Source: Telmatocola sphagniphila
GTDB lineage: Bacteria > Planctomycetota > Planctomycetia > Gemmatales > Gemmataceae
Direction of reading: 5' to 3'
DNA length: 32,000 bases
NCBI RefSeq assembly: GCF_018398935.1
Contig: NZ_CP074694.1
Location: 3,090,001 to 3,122,000, forward strand
Part shown: piece by piece, positions 25,086-32,000 of the stretch
Numbering within the stretch: position 1 is the stretch's first letter
Layout of the letters: each line of letters begins with the position of its first letter
Made by a program: the position numbers and the translations under genes
Notes under the pieces: generated by a model
Database searches by the model: none
Told to the model about the DNA's origin: nothing
The model's input: the letters and a program-made list of their open reading frames with translations, nothing else

Positions 25086-26018
25086 ATGAATGCAACAGAA
25101 TCTGACTTGCTGGGTTTTCTGATCCGGGCGAATGATGCCCAGACGGATAAAAATGTCGAGGCAGAGATCAAGGAAAATTTATCCGCCGCCCAGAAGGTTC
25201 ACAAGCTCCGTCGCCTCATCGAACCACTGGAAAGTATTAGAGAACAGGAAGAAACGCCTGATCACTTATATCTAAAAACAATCTCATTCGTGGCGGCTCA
25301 CATTGCTGCGGAAGAAATTGAACGACGGGAATCCGAAGCTAATCTACGCCCGGCTCTGACCTATTCCAATAACAGCTCGACATTAACCCGCAGCCTGATT
25401 TTCCCGTCACAGGATGGGGCCACCGGCTCCACAATGCAACGCCGGAGTTGGTTCGCCGGTCTGGGACTGGCCGTTGCCTTATTGCTCATCCTGATTCCCG
25501 CCATCGGGAGCGTTCGAGCCCAGTACCGCATCCAGTCGTGCCAGAACACCCTTCGGGAAGTTCACTCCAGCCTGCTGGAATATGCCGACACGCACGATCA
25601 CAAGTTTCCTCTGATGGATACTGCGGATCCGGATAAGCACCTGATCAAACAACTGCAACACGCCGCGATTCTGCCCGATTCCTACGTCAAAGGCTGCGAT
25701 CCGGAAGGGGGTAAGTTTGATTACGCCTACTCAATCGGCTACTCGCAGAATGGAGATACCAAAAGTCTGCGACTCGACGATGGGGAGCATATCCCCTTGC
25801 TGGCCGACATCTATGATTCGAGTCTGAACACGGCCAAAAATCACAAACATGGCCAGAACGTGCTATTCATCGGTGGGAATGTGGAATTCTGTAAAACGCC
25901 GTATCTGTTTGTGGGTTCCGAAGTACCCGACAACATTTACTTCAATCGCCTGAACCAGTTGATGCCCGGGCTGGATCGCTTCGATAGCGTACTGGTTCCC
26001 AGCGAAGAACTGCCCTGA
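25086..26018 (+). CDS. Putative anti-sigma factor with a single TM helix and a pseudopilin-like (DUF1559 / H-X9-DG-like) extracytoplasmic domain
   Basis: The gene starts 5 nt after the sigma factor stop. The N-terminal ~130 aa are cytoplasmic with an anti-sigma-like helix pattern but no zinc ligands (LLGFLIRANDAQTDKNVEAEIKENLSAAQKVHKLRRL). The TM helix is WFAGLGLAVALLLILIPAIG. This is followed by SVRAQYRIQSCQNTLREVHSSLLEY...KFP and a near-C-terminal HKHGQNVLFIGGNVEF. Confidence 0.6.
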   Translation: MNATESDLLGFLIRANDAQTDKNVEAEIKENLSAAQKVHKLRRLIEPLESIREQEETPDHLYLKTISFVAAHIAAEEIERRESEANLRPALTYSNNSSTLTRSLIFPSQDGATGSTMQRRSWFAGLGLAVALLLILIPAIGSVRAQYRIQSCQNTLREVHSSLLEYADTHDHKFPLMDTADPDKHLIKQLQHAAILPDSYVKGCDPEGGKFDYAYSIGYSQNGDTKSLRLDDGEHIPLLADIYDSSLNTAKNHKHGQNVLFIGGNVEFCKTPYLFVGSEVPDNIYFNRLNQLMPGLDRFDSVLVPSEELP

Positions 26019-26047
26019 TCCCGCGCTCTTTTATTGGACCCCCCTTT

Positions 26048-26872
26048 TCAATCGCCCTTCTTCAGAACATATTTTCGGAAACTATTGATCGTTCTCTGGG
26101 CCGCTTCCAGGGAATCGGGATAGGGAAACACTTCCGCCGAGAGGTATCCGGTATAACCGATTTCATTCAGTGCGGAAACGATCGGCATATAGTCCATGTG
26201 CCCCAGTCCGGCCGGTCGACGATTGCTATCCGCAAAATGGACGTGACCAATCCACTTCCCGGCATCCCGAATAGCTCCATGGATCGTGGTTTCTTCGATG
26301 TTCATGTGGAACAAATCGGCTAGAATTCGGACGTTCTTCGCTCCGCAGGTTTCCAGGAAAGCAACCGTTTGCACCAGTTTGTTAAGCAGATTGGTTTCGT
26401 AGCGATTCAGGGGTTCGTAAAAAAGTGGTTTTCCCTGAGTCTGAGCGTAATCGCCCAGCCGGACCAAACTCTCTCCAAGCCACTCCAGAGCGGTTTCCCG
26501 GCTAACGCCGTCGCCCCATTTGCCCTGCATGGAGCCGAGTATAGTCGAAGCCCCCAGACCGGCCGCCTTTTGAATAATCCCCTTGATAAATTCTTCGGCT
26601 TTGCGACGGTTTTCCGCATCGGGACTGGTCAAGGATAGTTTGCGGAGTGCCCAGCCGCCTCCCGAACCGACCGTCGAGAGTTCCAGCTTGTGTTTTTTGA
26701 GCAGCGAGCCGACCAGTTTATCGTCGAAGGCCTCCGCCGAGGCCGGGAAGAGTTCAACCGCATCGTAGCCGAGCTCTTCGGCTTTTTGCATCCCATCTTC
26801 CAGGCCGTTCCAGAAAATGAACGGAGCCCCTTTTAATTCCGGCATCAGACAGATGGTTACACTGCTTTTCAT
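26048..26872 (-). CDS. Xylose isomerase-like TIM-barrel protein (sugar phosphate isomerase/epimerase family), second copy in window
   Basis: 274 aa. Motifs include GYDAVELF, LFYEPLNRYETN, LADLFHMNIEE, HVHFADSNR and GYTGYLSAEVFP. This is the typical metal-binding layout of the family. Confidence 0.75.
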   Translation of the reverse strand: MKSSVTICLMPELKGAPFIFWNGLEDGMQKAEELGYDAVELFPASAEAFDDKLVGSLLKKHKLELSTVGSGGGWALRKLSLTSPDAENRRKAEEFIKGIIQKAAGLGASTILGSMQGKWGDGVSRETALEWLGESLVRLGDYAQTQGKPLFYEPLNRYETNLLNKLVQTVAFLETCGAKNVRILADLFHMNIEETTIHGAIRDAGKWIGHVHFADSNRRPAGLGHMDYMPIVSALNEIGYTGYLSAEVFPYPDSLEAAQRTINSFRKYVLKKGD

Positions 26873-26902
26873 CGTTAAACTCCCGAGAAAATTCTCTTGA
26901 GT

Positions 26903-28009
26903 TTAAGTATGAATCGCATCGTAAGAAGACAGTGCAATCGGTCCGAAGATCATGACCGGCAGCCAGGCCGCGAGTGTGGGGGAGATGTAATCCGCGTTTC
27001 CGAGAAACTTACAGGCGAATACCACGCCGTAAAACATGGCACTGGTCCCCAGACACATAGCCGTACTGATGAAGACGTGTCGAGTTTGATCGCGAAGAAT
27101 GATTGAAAGGCCGATCATCACCAGTAGCAAGCCGATGATCGGCCGGGTAATTCGCATGTGGAACGTCACGGCAAGTGGAGCATTCTTGCGATCATCGCTG
27201 GTTTGAAGGGTTTCATAGATTTTCGAAGTCGAAAGAAAGTCGGCCCATTTCGAGCGTCGGGTGATCGTCTCAAAAGTCACTTCCTTCGTCATCAGAAAAT
27301 ACTTCCCGCTGTCGAGCCAGACCAGCATCGGCGGCCGATTCTTTTCCCCTAATTCCGGCGGGTTGGTGTCGTTCAACAGCCAACCGCCGGGTTGATTCGG
27401 CTTGGGCTCGATGTAGATGGCGTTAGCGGCCGAAAGATGCATCAGGCTATTGGTGGAAGATTCCGGAATAGTCACGTAAAAGAAATTGACTTTGGATTCC
27501 TTGCGATTCCCGGTGATTCCTTCAACGTGCACGCCGTTGACGTCGAACATTCCCTGCACGAGTACGTCCTTGATGCGATCGATGTCGTCCCGGTCGGCCT
27601 GCAAGGCGTTAGCGACGATGGGAATTGGCAGTAAAAATTCCTGCACCAGCGAGCCTAAACTGATGAAGACGCAGGCGCATAACAAAATCGGCCGGATCAC
27701 GCGGCGGGTACTGACGCCCGCCGAGAGCATGGGCAGAAGTTCGTTGCTCTTCTGCATCCAGGCCACCGTGAACATGGCGGCCAGCAGGGCCAGCACTTCC
27801 GCGAGTCGATCGAAGTACTGCACGATGCGAAAGCCGTAATAGGTTCCAATGCGTCTGAGAGAATCGACGAAGTCGTTGGCTTTACCGGTGAAATCATCGA
27901 GGTTGGTGAACAGGTCCACGATGATGTAAAGACTCAAAGTACTAATCAGGCAGATGAAATATGCCCTGACTACCGTGAGAAAAAGCATCCGATCGAGAAT
28001 GCCGATCAT
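26903..28009 (-). CDS. LptF/LptG (YjgP/YjgQ) family permease
   Basis: 368 aa. The N-terminus MIGILDRMLFLTVVRAYFICLISTLSLYIIVDLFTNLDDF is typical of LptF/LptG. The layout is three TM segments, a ~150-aa periplasmic beta-jellyroll-sized insert, then three C-terminal TM segments. The ATG overlaps the upstream phosphatase stop (ATGA). Confidence 0.8.
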   Translation of the reverse strand: MIGILDRMLFLTVVRAYFICLISTLSLYIIVDLFTNLDDFTGKANDFVDSLRRIGTYYGFRIVQYFDRLAEVLALLAAMFTVAWMQKSNELLPMLSAGVSTRRVIRPILLCACVFISLGSLVQEFLLPIPIVANALQADRDDIDRIKDVLVQGMFDVNGVHVEGITGNRKESKVNFFYVTIPESSTNSLMHLSAANAIYIEPKPNQPGGWLLNDTNPPELGEKNRPPMLVWLDSGKYFLMTKEVTFETITRRSKWADFLSTSKIYETLQTSDDRKNAPLAVTFHMRITRPIIGLLLVMIGLSIILRDQTRHVFISTAMCLGTSAMFYGVVFACKFLGNADYISPTLAAWLPVMIFGPIALSSYDAIHT

Positions 28010-28686
28010 GGCCTGGATTCTCCCTTACTGTCCGCTTTTCGCCTTTGACCGGGCTGATATTTTTCAATCATGTTGTAAATCATGTCGTCCGCCGTGGTAC
28101 AGGCACAATCGCCGAATCCGGCGGCTTTGAGTTCCCGAACGGCAGCCCCCTTCGACCAACCTTCGTACTCCATCCGATAAATCGCCGTCAGTTCCCCGGT
28201 GCGGTGCAATCCGGCCGCGCAGTGGATCAGGACTGGGTAAACTTCCGGCTTATCGAGCAATTCCAGATAATCGTCGATGACTCGCGGCCGCGTTCCCTCC
28301 GGCATCTCGCGCGGAAAGGGATCGAAGGTCAGGAGTTTGAAGTCCGCACCCTCCTCCCGGCAGACCACGCTTTCCGGCGTTTTGGTCCAGCGATCGAAGA
28401 AATTATTTGGCAGCTGAGGATCGGGATTTTCGTGCATCAGATTGATGACGGTTTTGATTCCGTGGGTGCGAATGACTTTGCGCAGTCCGTCCGCATCCAG
28501 AATGGCCGAGCGATAAAAGCGACCAGGCGTAACGACGTGAAAGCGCTTGGTGGTCTCGAAGTGCGCGCGATAATAGATGGCCGGCAAGCCCACCACACAA
28601 AAGGCCGCTATCAGGCCCAAGCACCAGCGCAAAAACCCGGGCATCCTTGCCTCCGACACCGTATCGCTTCGAACGAATTCCATCAA
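28006..28686 (-). CDS. Membrane-anchored cysteine (CX5R) phosphatase, PTP/dual-specificity-like, paralog 1
   Basis: 226 aa. The N-terminal TM segment is FLRWCLGLIAAFCVVGLPAIYY. The P-loop is VLIHCAAGLHRTGELTAIYRMEYEGWS (HCxxGxxRTG). It is clearly homologous to the gene at 28810-29391. Confidence 0.75.
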   Translation of the reverse strand: MMEFVRSDTVSEARMPGFLRWCLGLIAAFCVVGLPAIYYRAHFETTKRFHVVTPGRFYRSAILDADGLRKVIRTHGIKTVINLMHENPDPQLPNNFFDRWTKTPESVVCREEGADFKLLTFDPFPREMPEGTRPRVIDDYLELLDKPEVYPVLIHCAAGLHRTGELTAIYRMEYEGWSKGAAVRELKAAGFGDCACTTADDMIYNMIEKYQPGQRRKADSKGESRP

Positions 28687-28809
28687 TGATTATAATGCCC
28701 GGCGAACGCGGTTCACGCAAGTCCAACCGGGTCTAATGCAAAACTGGGAAAATTGGGCCAACGACGCAACGGACGTTGCGAATTGCTGAACCGCCGCGCT
28801 CCCTGGCGA

Positions 28810-29391
28810 TCACTTCTTCCAGCGCGGTTTGTACCCGTCGAGATAATCGTGAATATTCTCGTTATCCAGATTGATGTATCCGAGTTCTTTCAGTTCCGCC
28901 ATCGCTTTTTCATTCGACCAATGTTCGTATTCCATCCGATAAATCGCACAATATGCCCCGGTTCGATGCGTGCCGGCAAAGCAGTGAATCCAGATCGGAT
29001 AATTCTTGGGATTATCCAGAAGCTTTAAAAATTGATCCACGTTGGGTTGAACTTCGGGTTCCTGCCCATTTTCCCGGCCCCAGGCTCGGGGGGTGAGTTT
29101 GAGGTAGTTCAAACCCATCGAACGGACCAGATTTTCTTCCGCATCGTACTGAGCCGTCGATGCGCCCGGCCGGGCGTCGCGAAGGGAAATGACCGATTTG
29201 ATTCCAAGTTCTTCAATCGTCTTCTTCGTCCGCTCGAGGGAGGCCTGGCCGCTGCGGTACACCTTGCCTGGGACCAGGACCCGGAAGTTGCGAATCTGCT
29301 TGAGATTATGGCTGGCATAGGCGAATGGGCCGCCGATGATCACGGCGACCAGAAGCAGGCTCAGCAGTACTCGAATCGATTGGAAGAACAT
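28810..29391 (-). CDS. Membrane-anchored cysteine (CX5R) phosphatase, PTP/dual-specificity-like, paralog 2
   Basis: 193 aa. The N-terminal TM segment is IRVLLSLLLVAVIIGGPFAYA. The P-loop is IWIHCFAGTHRTGAYCAIYRMEYEHWS. Blocks shared with paralog 1 are F.V..PG..YRS, GIK.VI.L, L.LLD.P..YP and ELK..G. Confidence 0.75.
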   Translation of the reverse strand: MFFQSIRVLLSLLLVAVIIGGPFAYASHNLKQIRNFRVLVPGKVYRSGQASLERTKKTIEELGIKSVISLRDARPGASTAQYDAEENLVRSMGLNYLKLTPRAWGRENGQEPEVQPNVDQFLKLLDNPKNYPIWIHCFAGTHRTGAYCAIYRMEYEHWSNEKAMAELKELGYINLDNENIHDYLDGYKPRWKK

Positions 29392-29513
29392 AATATGGGG
29401 ACTCCGTTCCCCTTCGTCGAAATCCTTTTCAAGAGGAGGATTCTAGTCGCTAGTCCCCGGAAACGGAAGAGCTAATTTGATGAGATTCTCACAAGAATTT
29501 TTTTCAAAAAAAT

Positions 29514-30431
29514 TCACTTTCCACCGAGCAGATATTCCAGTATAGCTTTCTGCGCGTGCAGACGATTACCAGCCTGCTGGAAGACGACACTGGCCGGTCC
29601 TTCGAGTACGCCATTACTGATTTCCTCGCCGCGATGCGCCGGCAGGCAGTGCAGAATCCGAACGTGCTTCGGTGCTTTAGAAAGCAGTTTTTCGTTCACC
29701 TGATATGGCTCGAAAGTTTTCAGACGAATCTCGCGCTCCGCTTCCTGTCCCATGCTGGTCCAGACATCGGTGTAGATCACGTCGGCATTCTTCACGGCTG
29801 CTATCGGATCGTTGGTCTCCACGATATCCGCATTATTGACCTTAACGGAGAGTCGCTGGAGGAAATCTTTTTCGAACTCGTAGCCTTTAGGCGCCGCCAG
29901 AATGAACTTCATATTCATCTTGCCGCAGGCGACCGCCAGCGAGCGGGCGACGTTGTTGCCGTCGCCGACGAAAACGACCGTCTTCTTATCTAGCGTGCCG
30001 AAGCACTCTTCAATCGTCTGCAGATCGGCCATCGCCTGACAGGGATGCGAAATATCGGAAAGGCCGTTGATGACAGGTACGGAAGCGAACCGGGAGACTT
30101 CGTCGCAGGTTTCCTGCCGGAACACTCGAAGCACCAGACCGTTCACGTATTGCGACATGGTGCGAGCAAAATCGGCGAGCGATTCCCGTTGGCCCAACTG
30201 AATTTCCGAGCCAGGGATGAAGATACTCGTTCCGCCCAATTGAGCGATACCCGCTTCGAAGCTGACTCGGGTTCGTAAGGAGGGCTTTTCAAAAACCATG
30301 CCGACGACTTTTCCGCACAGGCTATTCGGATCTTTACCCTCTTCGTGCGCTTTTTTCAGACGGGCCGCGTTGGTCAGAAGATCCCGGAGGAGTTCGGGGG
30401 GATGGGGCATCAGGTTGAGAAAATGTCGCAT
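29514..30431 (-). CDS. argF: Ornithine carbamoyltransferase
   Basis: Motifs are FEKPSLRTRVSFE (carbamoyl-phosphate site), SDISHPCQAMADL and ILHCLPAHRGEE. The ATG at 30431 (MRHFLNL...) is preferred over the ORF-track start at 30464, because a hairpin with a T-rich tail occupies 30461-30492. Confidence 0.9.
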   Translation of the reverse strand: MRHFLNLMPHPPELLRDLLTNAARLKKAHEEGKDPNSLCGKVVGMVFEKPSLRTRVSFEAGIAQLGGTSIFIPGSEIQLGQRESLADFARTMSQYVNGLVLRVFRQETCDEVSRFASVPVINGLSDISHPCQAMADLQTIEECFGTLDKKTVVFVGDGNNVARSLAVACGKMNMKFILAAPKGYEFEKDFLQRLSVKVNNADIVETNDPIAAVKNADVIYTDVWTSMGQEAEREIRLKTFEPYQVNEKLLSKAPKHVRILHCLPAHRGEEISNGVLEGPASVVFQQAGNRLHAQKAILEYLLGGK

Positions 30432-30460
30432 CGGAGCATCTCGGAAAAACGAGAATAGAA

Positions 30461-30492
30461 ACAAATAAAATGACCCGCCGAATCGCGGCGGG
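30461..30492 (-). terminator. Terminator-like hairpin inside the arg operon (between argD and argF)
   Basis: The minus strand reads CCCGCCG-cgatt-CGGCGGG, a 7-bp all-GC stem (plus coordinates 30474-30492). It is followed by tcATTTTATTTGTTTC. It lies 22 nt after the argD stop and about 30 nt before the argF ATG. Confidence 0.45.
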
Positions 30493-30513
30493 AGAAAAGG
30501 ATTATACGAATCT

Positions 30514-31731
30514 CTAAACTTTGTGGTTCAGAATGACTTCTTCCATGATGAAGCATCCTTCATCAATTTCCGCATCCGAAAGGGTAAGAGAAGGCAAGAG
30601 TCTCAGTACCGTGGAGTGCGTGCAGTTGATCAGCAACTGCCGTTTCAGGCACTCGGCGACTATCGGCGCTCCCTCGCAGCGGAGCTGGACGCCAATCATC
30701 GTTCCTTTGATTCGCAATTCTTCGATCAGCGGAGACTTTTTCTGAATTCGGCTGAAGTGTTCCCGGAATCGATCGCCAATAGCGTTGGCCCGTTCCAGTA
30801 AGCCATCTTCTTCGATAGTGGCGATAGTGGCCAGAGCCGCCGCACAGGCTATGGGATTCCCGCCGAAGGTGGCAGCATGGGTACCCGGTTTGAGTTTTTC
30901 CGCCACATGGGGTTTCGCCAGGAGGCCGCCTAGGGCAACACCACCGGCGACAGCTTTCGCCAGCGTCACGATATCAGGAATCACGCCCCAGTGCTGGTGT
31001 GTGTACCACTTTCCGGTTCGCCCCATGCCGGTTTGAACTTCATCGAATATAAGCAGCAGCTTATGCTCGTCGCACAATTTTCGCAGACCGGCCAGATAGC
31101 CTTCGGGGGGCAGGTTGATCCCGCCCTCCCCCTGGATCGGTTCCAGCAGGATTGCAATAGTTTCACCATCGATCTTACTGGCCACGGCCTGCAAATCGCC
31201 GAATGGACAGTACACGAAACCCGGCAGCATCGGCTCAACGCCCTGATGGTATTTCGGTTGAGCCGTCGCACTGAGCGAACCGTAGGTGCGCCCGTGGAAA
31301 CTGTTGAGCATCGTGATGATCTTGTAGCGATTCCCGCCGGCCGGACCGGTGCCGTGCCCATTCAGTCGGGCCAGCTTGATGGCCGCCTCATTCGCTTCAG
31401 TTCCGCTGTTGCAGAAAAAGGCTTTTGCCTCAAAATCGGTACGAGTTGAGAGAGCTTCGGCCAGTTCTCCCTGCGATTCGGTGTACCAGGTATTAGGAAC
31501 GTGAATAAGGCGGGCGACCTGCTCCTGTACAGCTTCTACCACTTTCGCCGGGCAGTGCCCCAGGATACCACAACCCCAGCCGGGAAAGAAGTCGAGATAG
31601 CGGACCCCTTCGGCATCCCAGACGTGAGAACCTTCCCCCCGTACCAGGCAGACGGGATAGCGATTGTAATTGCCGATGACATATTTTTTGAACTGCTCAA
31701 TAGTATCGGCAGAGGATTTCACTGCAATCAT
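30514..31731 (-). CDS. argD: Acetylornithine aminotransferase (class III PLP aminotransferase)
   Basis: Motifs are FCNSGTEANEAAIKLAR, LIFDEVQTGMGRTGK, DIVTLAKAVAGG (PLP lysine) and ATFGGNP. The ATG at 31731 is preferred. The TTG at 31764 would overlap argB by 23 nt. Confidence 0.9.
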   Translation of the reverse strand: MIAVKSSADTIEQFKKYVIGNYNRYPVCLVRGEGSHVWDAEGVRYLDFFPGWGCGILGHCPAKVVEAVQEQVARLIHVPNTWYTESQGELAEALSTRTDFEAKAFFCNSGTEANEAAIKLARLNGHGTGPAGGNRYKIITMLNSFHGRTYGSLSATAQPKYHQGVEPMLPGFVYCPFGDLQAVASKIDGETIAILLEPIQGEGGINLPPEGYLAGLRKLCDEHKLLLIFDEVQTGMGRTGKWYTHQHWGVIPDIVTLAKAVAGGVALGGLLAKPHVAEKLKPGTHAATFGGNPIACAAALATIATIEEDGLLERANAIGDRFREHFSRIQKKSPLIEELRIKGTMIGVQLRCEGAPIVAECLKRQLLINCTHSTVLRLLPSLTLSDAEIDEGCFIMEEVILNHKV

Positions 31732-31741
31732 GGCACATCCA

Positions 31742-32000
31742 TTAAAGACGTATTTCCGTTCCAATTCCCGATTTGGTAAAAATCTCCAGTAACAGGGAAT
31801 ATCTCAAACGACCATCGATGACGTGCGTTTGTTCAACGCCGGAGCGCAAACAATCGAAACAAGCTTCCACCTTGGGAATCATGCCGCTATCTATAATTCC
31901 CTCGGCTATCAGCTTTCTACTCTCCGCCTCATTCAAAGACGAAATCAGCGTTTTAGGATCCTGGCGATCCCGGAGTATGCCAGGGGTATCCGTCAGAAGA
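31742..32000 (-). CDS. argB: Acetylglutamate kinase, C-terminal fragment (5' end outside window)
   Basis: The frame stays open to the window edge (in frame through 31999). The translation [85 protein letters not shown] matches the ArgB C-terminus (LLTD.PG, GGMIPKV, DGR...LLE.FT..G.GT). Confidence 0.85.
   Translation of the reverse strand, partial: LLTDTPGILRDRQDPKTLISSLNEAESRKLIAEGIIDSGMIPKVEACFDCLRSGVEQTHVIDGRLRYSLLLEIFTKSGIGTEIRL

Noticed and set aside
28765-28780. Small hairpin cgcaac-ggac-gttgcg between the two phosphatase paralogs
   Set aside because: The stem is only 6 bp and neither strand has an adjacent T-run. This is not enough to call a terminator or regulatory element.
30432-30464. 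N-terminal extensions offered by the ORF track for argF (to 30464), argD (TTG 31764), DUF4058 (to 19583) and the proline-rich protein (TTG 16590)
   Set aside because: The internal ATG starts give family-typical N-termini: MRHFLNL for OTCase, MPSPFPGM for DUF4058, and a clean signal peptide for the proline-rich protein. They also avoid overlap with the upstream argB and with the terminator-like hairpin. The longer forms remain possible.

Overview
This is a gene-dense chromosomal window with 29 supported protein-coding genes, two of them cut by the window edges. I found no rRNA, tRNA, CRISPR array, transposase or integrase. Several features suggest a Planctomycetota-like (PVC) genome, though this is an inference without a database search. 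These are a PA14/multi-heme cytochrome, an anti-sigma protein with a DUF1559 / H-X9-DG pseudopilin-like domain, a DUF4058 protein and Tat signals.

Housekeeping content:
- the tail of a 2-oxoacid dehydrogenase E2 gene, a small membrane ORF and lpdA
- a NupC-type nucleoside transporter
- tatA
- ribBA
- frr
- a P-type cation ATPase
- an argB-argD-argF operon

Stretches worth a second look:
1. A minus-strand operon encoding an inositol-phosphate-synthase-like cyclase, a xylose-isomerase-like TIM barrel and a UbiA prenyltransferase. This is ebo-like prenyl-cyclitol logic, and a Tat-exported ACE-like peptidase follows it.
2. An ECF sigma / anti-sigma pair in which the anti-sigma ectodomain looks like a planctomycete pseudopilin, preceded by an ECF-type promoter that leaves almost no leader.
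3. Two tandem membrane-anchored CX5R phosphatase paralogs, translationally coupled to a solo LptF/LptG-type permease and a second TIM-barrel enzyme.
4. A 1015-aa secreted PA14 + five-heme cytochrome c fusion.

All functional calls rest on motifs read from the translations. None was verified by homology search.
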